DNA of 64,000 nucleotides from the human T2T-CHM13v2.0 reference genome, Homo sapiens. The notes under the pieces were generated by a model. It searched no databases and was not told the origin of the DNA. It saw only the letters and a list, made by a program, of their open reading frames with translations. The translations under genes were made by a program, and so were the position numbers. The first letter of the stretch is position 1. Each line of letters begins with the position of its first letter. Location: assembly GCF_009914755.1 (NCBI RefSeq), contig NC_060948.1; one strand, 5' to 3'. Below, in pieces: positions 27,165 to 39,748 of this stretch.

Positions 27165-27597
27165 TTGTTTTAATTTTTTTTTCAAGGACAGGGTCTCACT
27201 ATGTTGCCCAGGTTCATCTAAAACTCCTGATCTCACGCCATCCTGCTGTCTTGGCCTCCCAAAGCACTAGGATTAAAAGTTTGGGCTGGGCGCAGTGGCT
27301 CACACCTGTGGTCCCTGCACTTTGGGAGGCCGAGGTGGGTGGATTATGAGGTCACGAGATCAAGACTATCCTGGCTAACATGGTGAAACCCCATGTCTAC
27401 TAAAAATATAAAATATTAGCTGGGCGTGGTGGCAGGCACTTGTAGTACCAGCTACTCCGGAGGCTGAGGCAGGAGAATGGCAGGAACCTGGGAGGTGGGG
27501 CTTGCAGTGAGCAGGGATTGAGCCACAGCACTCCAGCCTGGGTGACAGAGTAGGACTGTCTCAAAAAAAAAAAAAAAAAGATTGAGCCACTGTTCCC
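27165..27597 (-). mobile_element. Second Alu left monomer, split by an AluY
   Basis: gacagggtctcactatgttgcccagg...cctcccaaagcactaggatta, then resumes as tgagccactg at ~27583. Confidence 0.8.
27284..27579 (+). mobile_element. AluY-like element
   Basis: Y-type diagnostics atcctggctaaca, ggagaatggc, gcttgcagtgag; A17 tail; TSD-like aaagtttg/aaagattg. Confidence 0.9.
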
Positions 27598-28449
27598 CCA
27601 AGCCCATGTTCTTAAAACTCTCATATTCTGCCTCCTAATGAAATGCTTACATGTTATCCACATTCAAGGAAGATATATTAATGACATATCATGATTTTAA
27701 TTATAATCGAAGGGTTGAAAATGTTCAATCCTTAGAACAGAGATAAGTAAACAAAAACACACATGACACTGTAATAAAAGAAATAGATACAACCACAGGT
27801 TTATCTTTATTGCTGTAAATCTAAGTAATTTTTCTGGTATTTTATAGAGGAAGAAATATAGCTGTGATGAACCCCGGAGCAGTATTTGCACATGCAGATA
27901 TTTTCCAACATAATAAAAGCTTTGGAAATCCTATCTATATTGACTTTAGAAGGATCTGATGAAAGTTTCATCAAGTAATACCCTCTACTTCTCTTCCAGC
28001 TCCTGCATAATTTATTTCTCTGTGGAGGAGCCAGTCTTTTGATCTGCCCCCAGGAGGTTTAGGCATTGAAGTCCCCAAGGCTATCCGTGGGTGCAATGAC
28101 TAGAGTCTCTGATATACTTCCATTACATAAAAAGCAAGATGCATGCCCCAAAGTTTAAACACTGCAAGATGAGGAGACTTTCTAAAGAATATATTAAAGG
28201 GGTTTTCAACTGTGTATGGGACTCATGTTTCTCCCCATCACCTTTCCCCTAATGCTTTCTAAAGAAATTCCATCACATGACACTGCAATGCTTAATATGT
28301 CATAATTCCATGTTAATGTTATGCAATATTAAAAAAATTGTGATATTTGAAATGTGCACATAGCACAACTTGAGAAAATATGTCAGTTTTAAAATTCTGC
28401 CAACATCAACTTGAAAATCTTGCTGTAGACTGCTCTTACAGATAAATTA

Positions 28450-28900
28450 GTCGAAGTTCTTCCACAAGTCAACCCTGAGACCAGGAGTTGCGTGTAGTGG
28501 CCTTATTTATGCAGTAGCTTATGCAAGAGCTTATCCAAGAAGCTGACTGGGGAAGTGGGGAGTGAGAGTTAGAGAAGAAGTAAAGGTAATGTGTTAATAA
28601 GTGGGGGCTTAGTCACTTTCACCCCTGGGAAGGAAGACGTAGTCTTGGAAACACACCCCCACCCCAGGGAAGGAGGCATTTGATTTCTGACTCCCTTCTC
28701 CAGTGTCTGAGGGCTGTCTCAGGGGTTTTGACCCATGTTCAGCTGAGTAAGCTCCCTAAGGACAAAGCCAGCCCTGAGCTGAGAAGAAGGAAGCCAAACA
28801 TGCTTGAGTGAGAGGTTGTGAGCTTGCTGTGGACCCTCTAGCGCATCTGCTGGTGAACTGAAAATGGCCAAGGGAATGTGGGTGGAGCATCCAGGTACCT
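28450..28900 (-). mobile_element. Old ERVL LTR (LTR33-like)
   Basis: accctgagaccaggagttg...ttattt...gggaagtggggagtgaga motifs; heavily diverged. Confidence 0.45.
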
Positions 28901-28941
28901 TCCACAGATGGAGCTTAGTTGACTGTGCTGAAAGAGCCCTC

Positions 28942-29245
28942 CTTTTTTTATTTTTTATTTTTTTTGACACAGTGTTTCACTCTGTTACTCCGGCTGGAGT
29001 ATGCAATGGTGAAATTTCAGCTCACTGCAGCCTGCATCTCCCAAATTCAATCAATTTTCCTGACTCAGCCTCCTGAGTAGCTGAAATTACAGGTGTACCC
29101 CAACACTCCTAGCTAATGTTTGTATTTTTAGTAGAGATGGGGTTTCACCATGTTGGTCAGGATGGTCTCAAATTTGACCTCATGATTCTCCCACCTTGGC
29201 CTCCCAAAGTGCTGGGATTACAGGCGTGAGCCACCATGCCCAGCC
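28942..29245 (-). mobile_element. AluS
   Basis: Full Alu; TSD-like agagccctcctttt/agaggcctcctttt. Confidence 0.95.
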
Positions 29246-30156
29246 TAGAGGCCTCCTTTTTAAGAACTCAGAATGACAAGCAAAATTCCGTCGTTTTTAA
29301 GGGCACTTATGGAGCACCGTTCAGACTGGAAAGACCACAGATCTATGGCCCCGAGCCTTCTCTACTCAAAATAAGAAGGCTGTAAAGGACAGGCATCAGG
29401 TCTTCTGTGCTGGTGATATGTCTCATACTGAGAAAGCACTCAATCCTTTTGTTAAATGAAGGCATGAGTCGATGAATACCACTGTCTCCTACACATTCAG
29501 TTCAGATGAATAATATAATGGATCATTTGCCAATTCCCAAAGATGTTCATTTTACATTCAGAAGTCTGAAAGAAGAAATAAATGCTTTTTTTCCAACAAC
29601 TTTTTCTTATGTCACTTTATAGCACATCAGATGATTCATTAAAGTGAAAATTTTAAAAAGAACCACTGAAAGGGATGGGTTTTTTTCCCACAGTGTCTTT
29701 ATATTTTCTTAATTCCATTTGAATAACTCACTGTAAGTTCTCTACAGGAAGAGAATCACATATCAGAATTTCCCAAAAGTTAACTTGAAGAGTGTATAGG
29801 TATGAAGCACAGCCATTCCAATATTTTAGACACTATGGTGTGATTTCCAGATGGTCCTTTCCATGATTACATCTACAGTTTGAAATGTCAAAACTATGGC
29901 CTACATTGCCAATGTTGGCTGATTATTTATTTGCAAAGGGTGGTGGATGGGATATGGTCACTTAAAATATTAACTAAAGACTAGCACCATCCAACAGAAA
30001 CATAACACAAGCCACAAACAGGAGCCATGAAAATAATTTTAAATTTTCTCATAATCTCATTTTAAAAAGTAAAATGAATAAGTGAAGCTAAATTCAATAA
30101 CATATTTTATATAAGCCATTATACCCAAAATATGATCATTTCAGTATGTAAATAAT

Positions 30157-30332
30157 TTTATTATGATTATTATTTTAAAGAAAGAGTCTGTTATGTTGCC
30201 CTGGTTGGAGTGCAGTGGCATTCACAGTCATGACCAACGCACACTATAGCCTGTAATTCCTGGCCTCAGGTGATTATTTTGCCTCCACTTCCCACACAAC
30301 CAGGAATATAGGCACGTGCCACAGTGCCTGGC
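30157..30332 (-). mobile_element. FAM (fossil Alu monomer)
   Basis: ggagtgcagtggcattcacag...cacactatagcc keeps 7SL-derived sequence absent from dimeric Alus; TSD tatgtaaataat/tatgtcaataat. Confidence 0.75.
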
Positions 30333-30444
30333 TATATGTCAATAATGTTTTAGAAATTATTGGAATATTTTACATTCTCTTTCTTGTACTAAATTATTGA
30401 AATCTGGTGTATGTTTTGCATATAGAGTACATCTCAATTTGGAC

Positions 30445-31117
30445 TGTTGTCCAAAAGACGACCAGAATGGTTAAATAGAAGGACAGCTTTACTGGTGATA
30501 TCAGTTTGGAAATCAGGGAGGATACGCTCCCATGTGGACCAAATGTGCTCTGTCTTCAAGGACAGAAGGGGCAGGTTAGGTTTTATGCCTCACAGGTTCT
30601 GTATTACACAGTGGAGTTACACATATTCAGCAGGTTTGGAGGGAAAGCTATACATATTTATGATGGGGGTGAGTGCATGTGCAATGAGTAAACACATACA
30701 TAATATATATCTCATGTTCACTTTGGGGCGTGGTTTCACATTAAAATGAGCTAGAACTTGGCTCCTCACATGAAGAGGTGAATTATAGGACGCAAATCCA
30801 ATTTGCTCACAGCTTCTATAGACTAGCTGAAACTGGTATAAGGTCTACGATTGCTTATCAGAAAAGAATGTTTATAAGGGTGGTCCTCCATCCAATCAGT
30901 TACACTTGTCTGGGTTGTAAACCAGAATTGGGAGAGGTTTGATAGATCCTCTTGTTAGGGAGTTTAGCAAGGATATGGTTCTGCAACCACAGGGATTTAG
31001 GAAGTTGTCATTCCAGCCTAGACCTAAACCCTTGACCAGTAGGTAAGTTTTGTCTCCTCAATCCTGGGGTCCATCTTAGTTGACAGAGTGGGGTCTATTC
31101 TGGTCTCTCAGATCCCA
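30445..31117 (-). mobile_element. ERV1-class solo LTR (family uncertain) with 4-bp TSD GGAC
   Basis: TG...CA termini; ggac at 30441-30444 and 31118-31121; cleanly interrupts MER33. Confidence 0.8.
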
Positions 31118-31614
31118 GGACTCACAGTGTTCTAAGTGCCCATACCCACATGCAGTGAGTGGCCACCATATTGGATCATTCAAGTCGAGTTTATCTTGTT
31201 GGGGACCTTAGTGGCAGGTAGAGTTGAAATTAGTGAATAGGGTTCAAAATAGAGAAGCGAATATCTTCCATAGATGGTTCATCCAATGGAGATTCCTTTT
31301 GTTAATATGCTACATCCTTCCTGCTCATAATGTAATACCGGAGTTCTCTGTTGGTATCCATGTTTGTGGCTGACTGTTCTGTGGCAGAAAAACTATGATT
31401 TGGAACATTCCAAAGAAGTGAACTTAGATGAAGTTAAAAGGATAAGAAAGGAGGCTTTGAGTGTAGAAGAAACTTTATTTGTTGGGAGAATGAAGAGTTG
31501 GTCTAGGCCCAGCCCCACTTTTTGGAACCGCACAATGTGACACTTGCCAAGACATGTTTCTATTTTCCACTCACTACATCTTTGGTCTTTGTTCCCCTAA
31601 TCAAACTAGGAATC

Positions 31615-32128
31615 AATACTGGTTTCCTTTGCCTACCTGCAATGCATTATCACTAATTTAGTGCCACATTTATCATCCCACAGTTTTGAAGGGCAGAAGT
31701 CCTAAATGAATTTCACTGGGTTAAAACTAGTGTCAGTAAACACATTTATTCTGGAGGATCTGTGGGGGAATCTATTCCCTGCCTTTTTACAGCTTCTAGA
31801 CCTAACCTGAATTCCTTGTGTCCTGGCCTTCTTCTATCTTTGAAGCCAGCAAAAGTTAGCCAAGAATTTCTCAAATCACATCATTTGATTCTTCTATTTC
31901 TCTCTTCCTCATTTAAAGAATCTCTGCAATTCCACTGGGCCCACCCAGATAATCCAGTTAATCTCCCTAATTTAAGGTCAACTGATTAAAAACCTTAACT
32001 TCATCTCAACTTGAATTACCTTTGTCACGTAAGGTAACATATTCAAATATCCTGGGAATTAAGATGTAGATATTTAGGAATAGAGGTCTTAATTTTTTTT
32101 TTTTTTTTTTTTTTTTTGCCAATCTCAG
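31615..32128 (-). mobile_element. MLT1D-like MaLR LTR
   Basis: ctgggcccacccagataatccag, aaggtcaactgatta, taaggtaacatattca. Confidence 0.82.
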
Positions 32129-32980
32129 GCTTCATTGTCAATGCTGTTGTGTTTGCTGAAGCCATATGTTCTGAAACCAAATGCACAACGAAAGTAATAA
32201 ATGTCTGCCTCCAGAGTATAGGTATATTTTAATTTTTTGTCAACTATTCATAACATTTATTTCTCATTCTTATTATAGTTTACACCTATTGCCTGGACCA
32301 AAGTGATTACTGTATGTCTTAAATATTTTTTAGTTTTAAAATAAGTGGCTGATTTTCTGTATAAGACAACTATCTATATAAAATCATCTCAACCTTCCCA
32401 TCAAAAATAGCTTTTAACATATCTTTCTAAATTCTCCCTCATTCAGAGACTTGAAACTGTTGCATTAGAGCACAGAATGATTTTTCCCATAAGACATATG
32501 GAAGAAGCGATGCTAAGAAATATTATAACACTTTTAGTCATTTGGTAAATGTGTCAGTTTCGGGTACAGAACTACATACTAAACAGCAGATGTTCTTACT
32601 CTTAGCAACATCTCTGGAGCTTCCACATTTAGAAGAGTACATTGCTTCTTAAAATTATGTGCACAACTCATTGAATTTTAAATGAGTGTACCTTATTTTA
32701 AACAAAAGAAAATAACTAATTGCCATTTGATGGAGCACTCCCTCAGATGCCTATATCAGGACAGATATGCAAAAAAAAGTGGAACAAATTTACACAAACC
32801 TCGTAAGTCAAAATATATGTACATCTAAGCATACTGAGTTGATTAAGATAAGAAAACACACTTTTTTTTCTTGAGGGTTTAGAGGTAAATTTATAGCTCA
32901 CTGTAAAATAGAACATCAAATCTGCTATCAAAACAAGTACTCACAGCAACAGAAATGTAAGTTTGTTTTTCTATTTTTAA

Positions 32981-33277
<297 letters not shown>

Positions 33278-33404
33278 CAAAGTTTTTTGTGTGTGGGTGT
33301 GTTTTTTTTTACTTATGTTTTTATTGTTTATATTATACCACAGAATAAAAGACAGTATATGACTGTTAATTTTTTTAAATTAATACATAGAAAAGTCCAT
33401 TTAA

Positions 33405-33724
<320 letters not shown>

Positions 33725-34718
33725 AAAACTGGTTTTTTAATGCAGTGTTTGCTACAAGGAGTGCACCCTTGTCACAGGAGCAAAAGTGTGTTTTTAAATA
33801 TCAAATAAAGAGAATTCATTCCACTCACTTGTATTTACTTAGCTCCAGGGCCTCCTCATATAACGCGTGAACGCATGTTGACCTGCCAGGGTAAGAGAGA
33901 GGGGGATCAATTTGTGATTTGCCTGAGTAAGATTGTGCTTCCTTGTGACTCCTAAGGACTGCATTTTTAGCGCTGCCTCCACCTGCATATGAAGTTTACT
34001 CGTGCAAAGATGAAGATGAGAGAAGATCCACTCTCAGGGGAAGGGCACGTCAAATTCAGTCAATTCTTTTGACAACTGTGTGTGAGAACTAAAACAAAGT
34101 AGCTCACTTTGAGATCTGAGGCACAGCAATTAACAAGATAGATGAGATTCCCAGCTCAGTGGGACTCACATTATGGTGGAGAAAAATAAAATGTCATGGA
34201 AACTCACACAGAGCAGGATATCACCCATCTTGCTCTGGGAATGAAAACTTCAGCTGGAACTGGAGTGAGGAAAAGAAGTCCATCAGGCCCCAGAGGGTGG
34301 GCGTAGGGTCACATTGAGAGGGATGGTTTCAGTTGGAAGAAGGCTCCATACTCATAATGTGTTCAGATTATTTTCATTGTTCTCCAGAAGGCACAAGTAG
34401 TATTCCAAAATACCTGCTTATACTGAATATTCCCACCAAGTTTTCCATTTTCCAATTGCTGAGAGCCATAAGAAGTCTTCTGTAAATAAGATCTAGGTCA
34501 TCTAAGTCAATCTACTAAATTTTCCCCTGAGAACACATTGACCCCTACCTTTCAAAGTTATTGTCAAAGCTGCTGTATCTTTGTTGTTTTATGTTCAACA
34601 ACAAATGCTTGTTTATTAAATGTCTTCTTTAAGCTGGATAATGCTCCAGGCATGGCAGATTCAACACTAAGCAAGGAATGCAACACCCTCACCTTCTTGG
34701 GGGTTACAGAGAAGCCAG

Positions 34719-35047
34719 GGTGATGGTGGTGGTGGCAGTGGTGGTGGTGATGGTAATGATAATGGTGATGATTGTAGTGATAACAGTGGTGATGGTGATG
34801 GTGGTGGTAGTGATGATGGTGGTGATGTTGGTGATGGTTTGATGGTGATGGTGACGATGCTGATGATGGTGATAATTGTGGATGGTGATGATGATAGTGG
34901 TAGTGGTGATGGTGTTGGTGATGATGGTGGCAATGGTGCTGTTGATGGATGCTGATGATGATGGTGATAATGGTGGTTGGTCATGGTGATGGTGGTGATG
35001 GTGCTGAAGGTGGAGGTGGTGGTGTTTATGGTAGTGACAATGGTGGT
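34719..35047. repeat. Degenerate (GGT/GAT)n trinucleotide array
   Basis: Directly visible; similar sequence resumes at 35420-35485. Confidence 0.95.
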
Positions 35048-35419
35048 TGTCTTAGTCCATTTTGTGTTGCTATTACTGAATACCACAGACTGGTTAATTT
35101 ACAATAAACAGTAATGCGTTTGGCTCATGGTTCTGGAGACTAGAAATTCCAACAGCATGACACCAGTATGTGGTGAGGAACTTTGTGCAGTACAATTCAA
35201 TGATGGAGGGCAAAAGGGAAAGAGGGTTGAGCTTGCTTTTATAACAAAGCCACTCTCAGCATAACTAACCAACTCTCATTATAATGACATTACTCCATTT
35301 ATAAGGACAACATGACCTAATCACCTCTTCTTAGGCCTACCTCCCAGTACAATCCCATTGAATGTACTGTGATTTGTTTTCAGCACATGACCTTTGGGGG
35401 ACACATTCAAACCATAGCA
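35048..35419 (-). mobile_element. MSTB/MSTC-like MaLR LTR
   Basis: tgtcttagtccattttgtgttgcta...catgacctaatcacctc...gggggacacattcaaaccatagca. Confidence 0.88.
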
Positions 35420-36287
35420 CTAGTGATGTCAGTGAGGTTGGTAGTGTTGGTGGTAGATGGTGAAAGTGGAGGTGGCAGTGGTGTTTTGGAGTTGGGCAAC
35501 AACATTGCACATTAGTGTATAAGAAAAATAACAGCAGTATATACTAAACAGAAAGTGGAAAATATAAAATGTAATGCAGTGGACCTGGGCTGCTACTTCA
35601 AATGAATGGCCAAGAAAGACCTCTTAAACATAGTGACATTTAAGCCAAGATCTCAAAGATGAGTGGCCTCACCAAGGGAATCCTGTGCTCCATATCCATG
35701 ATTAAGATTATGTTGTACAGGTCTAAATGTTCAAGAATGTTAGTAATAGAGCATAAGCTCCTATAAAGTTTATGGTCAAAATATGAATGAGCTGGTTCTC
35801 CTGACAACTTTTTCCATCACACCACTAAACTCTATACAAGATAAAGGATTCAAATTAGTATTTAACACTTATTTTAAAGTCCACTTTGTGTCTCTCTACT
35901 CAATCATCTTTTCTTAGTTTTCTAGAAAGTTTTTCTGTTCCTATGAGCTTGGTGTAAGTAGAAAGCCTACTTCGTTTATTCTGGCATCTTATATTATTGA
36001 GAATATCTCTGCAAAATTGCATGTCATCTGTATAAAATAGTCTTTTTCTGGCCACTTCCTAACTATTAATTTAGCTGCCTTTGTGTGTTTTTAAATGAGG
36101 AACAAGCCGCCTAGTCTTCAGCTATGAAATGGAAAAATTACAGGGTAAGCAAATCAGTCACTCTTACCTTTTAGCCTTTGTCTTAATCCTCATTCACCTT
36201 TCCAATCTACTTTCAACTTGACACTGCTAATTTCCTGGCAAAGTATTAATTCCAAACCTAGAGAAGAAAAATTGCTAAAGCTTCACT

Positions 36288-36478
36288 GCAGTAGTGACTG
36301 TTGGTGCCCTGTTCATGTTCATTCTGCCATTTTATCCTTCAGGACACCTGTTGCCCATTTGAGAAGAATACTGCCTGCTAGCAGCTCAGAGCTGCACCAT
36401 CTGCTCTCAGCCAAGTGAAAATACCTGAGAGTTTACATTTCTCCCCAGAACATCCTAAAGCCTATGACTGACATGAGA
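36288..36478 (+). mobile_element. LTR16-like ERVL LTR 5' fragment
   Basis: tgcagtagtgactgttggtgccc start and cagctcagagctgcacc motif. Confidence 0.45.
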
Positions 36479-36934
36479 TTGTTTCACTGATCTATTGATA
36501 CATAGCAAACCAACCCATACCTAGTGGAATAAAACAACTACCATTTTCTTTGCTTATAAATTGAGTGGGTTGGTGATTTGGACTGGGCATATTGGGCAGA
36601 ATCTGTCCTGATCCATGATGTATATACAGCCTCAACGGGGAAGACTCCAATAAGTGGGAGTGACCTGAAAAATTGGAAACTGGAATTATCTAGAGATTTA
36701 TTTCCTCGCTTTCTTGTGCTTGGGCTAGCAAGACTCAAAATCTGGGCTCAGATGGGGCTGTTGAGAACACCTGCACATTGCTTCTCCATGTAGTTTGAGG
36801 TCCTTACAGCATGGCAGCCTCTAATTACCTGGATTTATACTGTGGTGAGTTGAAATTCCAGCAGTGAGTATGTCAGCAAACAAGGGAGAGCCCCTTTGGC
36901 CTTTTACGATCCAGCCTCAAAAGTCACATGGTAT

Positions 36935-37995
36935 CCAGTAAGCACATGCAAGATCCTCAACATCACTAATCACTAGGGAAATACAAATCAAAACCACAAA
37001 GAGATTTCCTTTGCATCAATTAGCATGACTAGTATTAAAAAAATTACCCAGAAAGTAACAAGTGCTGCTGAAAAAGTGGAAAAATTAGAAAGCTTGTACT
37101 ATTTGGAGAGTGTAAAATGGTGCAGCCATATGGAAAACCATTGAAATTCCTCTAAAAATTAAAAATAGGATTATGATATAAGCTATCAATTCTACTTTTA
37201 GATATATACTCCAAAGAACTGAAATCAGGGTATCAAAAACATAGTTGTCCATTCATGTTCATAGCAGCACTTTTTACAATGGCCAAAAGGGGGAAGCAAC
37301 CCAGGCGTCCACCAATGGAAAAACAAATAAACAAAATTTTCCCTACCCATACAGTAGAGTATTATTCAGCCTTAAAAGAAAAGGAGATTCTGACACATGC
37401 TACAACATGTATGTACTAGGAGGACATTATACTTAGTGAAATAAGCTAGTCGCAAACGACAAGTTATTTAATGAATACAGTGTCTAATTTTGCAAGGTGT
37501 ACAGAGTTCTGGAGATGGGAGGTGATGGTCACTGTATGACAACACAAACTTAACGCTATTGACCTGTTGATATGGTTTTCCTTGTCCCCACCTAAATCTC
37601 ATCTTGAATTTCCACATGTTATTCAAGGAACCCAGTGGGAGGTATTTGAATTATGAGGGCAGATATTTCCCATGTTGTTCTTATGATAGTGAATAAGTCT
37701 CACAAGATCTGATGGTTTTATAAGGGGAGTTCCCCTGCACAAGCGCTTTTCTCTTTGCCTACCATCATTCATGTAAGATGTGACCTGCTCCTCCTTGCTT
37801 TCCACCATGATTGTGAGGTCTCCCCAACCACATGGAACTGTGAGTCAATTAAATCTTTCTTTTATAAATTGCCCAGGCTCAGGTATGTGTTTATCAGCAG
37901 CATGAAAGTGGACTAATACAACTGTACATTTAAAAACGGTGAAGATGGTAACTTTTATGTCACATGTGTTTTACAACAACTAAAACTTATTTTAA
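36935..37995 (+). mobile_element. L1MB 3' fragment, interrupted by THE1
   Basis: agggaaatacaaatcaaaaccaca, tgtaaaatggtgcagcc, ttattcagccttaaaagaaaaggagattctgacacatgctacaacatg. Confidence 0.88.
37568..37920 (+). mobile_element. THE1B-like solo LTR
   Basis: tgatatggttt...ggactaataca; flanks cctgt/actgt. Confidence 0.93.
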
Positions 37996-38127
37996 AGTGT
38001 CTTGTCATGTCCCTGTCACCATATTCTATTGTTGGAAGCAATCACTCTTCTGGCAATATTCAAGGGCAGGGGATGCAAACCCTGTCTCTTCATGAGAAGA
38101 GTGTCATAAATTTGCTGGGGTAGATGT

Positions 38128-38300
38128 TGGTTTTTTAGAGACAGAATCTTTCTCTGTTGCCCAGGCTGGAGTGCACAGGTGCAGTCATAGCTGTCTGCAA
38201 CCTTAAGTTCCTGGGCTCAAGTGACTCTTGCCTCAGCCTCCCAGCTAGTTGGGATTATAGGCAGGCACTACCACACTTGGTTACTTGTTTTATTTTTATA
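38128..38300 (-). mobile_element. Alu right monomer (FRAM/AluJ-like)
   Basis: gagacagaatctt...tgttgcccaggctggagtgca...ctgggctcaagtga. Confidence 0.85.
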
Positions 38301-38399
38301 GTATCTAAGCAGTTGGCAGGTGTGTGAGGTGGAATGTTCCACATGCATGCATTTATCCATCCTTACTCTATTAAGCCAACTGAGTGGATATTTCCTTGC

Positions 38400-38580
38400 T
38401 TTGCCACCAGCTCATAGGAATGAGATTATAAAGGAGCTCTCTTGACCTTTCCACCATGTTAAAATACACCAAGAAGTCACCATCCGTGAACCAGAAAGTG
38501 GGGCTGCACCAGTCACTGTATTTGCCAAAGCTTAATCTTGAAATTTCCAGTCTCCAGAATTTTGAGCAATAAATTTATGC
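38400..38580 (+). mobile_element. MLT1A/MSTD-like LTR fragment
   Basis: tgaaccagaaagtggg...cttaatcttgaaatttccagtctccagaa...gagcaataaattt. Confidence 0.7.
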
Positions 38581-38664
38581 ATAGGAATGGTGGGTCATTG
38601 AACCTCATGCTCTGTGATTTTTGCAGGTGTTCACTGCAAGCCATGCCTGGTTAAACTACTGTGC

Positions 38665-38709
38665 CTTTTCTTTTCTTTTCTTTTCTTTTCTTTTCTTTTC
38701 TTTTCTTTT
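38665..38709. repeat. (CTTTT)9 microsatellite, probably Y-STR DYS643
   Basis: 9 units counted, then ctttctttttaaaac; flanks aagccatgcctggttaaact and aatgggtggtgtttggttaca match the DYS643 primers as I recall them. Confidence 0.85.
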
Positions 38710-39100
38710 CTTTCTTTTTAAAACTTTTTACTTCAGTAGAATTTTGGGGGGAATGGGTGGTGTTTGGTTACATGAACAAGTTCTTTAGTGGTGATTTCTG
38801 AGATTTTGGTGCACCATCACTGAAGTAGTATACATTTTACCCAATATGTAGTCTTTTATCCCTCACCATCCTGCCACCCTTCCCTTGAGTTCCCAAAGTC
38901 CCCAAAAGTTTATTGTGTCATTCCTATGCTTTTGCATCCTCAGAGGTTAGCTCCTACTTATGAGTGAGAACATATAAGACTTCGTTTTTCATTCTAGGTG
39001 AAGTGAGTTGCTTCACTTAGAATAACAGTCTCTAATTCCACCCAGGCTCCTACCAATGCCATTATTTAATTCCTTTTTATGGTTGAGTAGTATGCCATTG
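38710..39100 (-). mobile_element. L1PB1-like 3' UTR
   Basis: gtggtgtttggttacatgaacaagttctttagtggtgatttctgagattttggtgcacc. Confidence 0.85.
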
Positions 39101-39748
39101 CAACAAAAGCCAAAATTGACAAAAGGGATCTAATCAAACTAAAGAACTTCTGCACAGCAAAAGAAAGTATTATCAGAGTTAACAGGCAACGTAGAGAATG
39201 GGAGAAAATGTTTGCAATCTACCCATCTGACAAAGTTCTAGTATCCAGAATGTACAAGGAACTTAAAATCAATAACCCCATCAAAAAGTGGGCAAAGAAT
39301 ATGAACAGACACTTCTCAGGAGAAGACATTTTTGAAGAAAAGCTCATCATCATTAGAGAAATACAAATCAAAACCACAATGAGATACCACCTCACGCCAG
39401 TTACAATGACGACCATTAAAAAGTCAAGAAACAACAGATGCTGGAGAGGATGTAGAGAAATAGGAATGCTTTTACACTGTTCATGGGAGTGTAAATTAGT
39501 TCAACCATTGTGGAAGACACTGTGGAGATTCCTCAAGGATCTAGAAACAGAAATATCATTTGACCCAGCAATTCCATTACTGAGTGTATACCCAAAGCAT
39601 TATAAATCATTCTATTATAATGACACATGCACATTTATGTTTCTTGCAGCACTGTTCACAGTAGAAAAGACTTGGAAACAATCCAAATGCCCATCCATGA
39701 TAGGCTGGATAAAGAAAATGAGGCACTTATACACCATGGAATACTATG
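39100..39748 (+). mobile_element. L1PA7/8-like ORF2 C-terminal fragment
   Basis: Track ORF 39208-39843 contains [25 protein letters not shown]...LLHC.WEC (ORF2 cysteine-rich domain). Confidence 0.92.

Larger units (their letters stand above)
29981..31182. mobile_element. MER33 hAT-Charlie element split into three pieces
   Basis: tccaacagaaacataa...taattttaaattttct; gaaatctggtgtatgtttt...acatctcaatttggac; aagtgcccatacccacatg...gtggccaccatattgga. Confidence 0.85.
34590..35665 (-). mobile_element. L2 fragment, interrupted by a simple repeat and an MST LTR
   Basis: tttattaaatgtct...ccctcaccttcttggggg at 34610-34710; ggccaagaaagacctct...gtgacatttaagccaagatct at 35608-35652. Confidence 0.55.
36479..38115 (-). 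mobile_element. MLT1G/H-like LTR split by L1MB
   Basis: tttggactgggca...cttacagcatggcagcc...cagcctcaaaagtcaca; resumes at ~38000 with ccatattctattg...attcaagggcagggga. Confidence 0.7.

Noticed and set aside
34667-35086. 139-aa Thr/His/Pro/Ser-rich ORF
   Set aside because: Translation of the (GGT/GAT)n simple repeat, which lacks stops on that strand.
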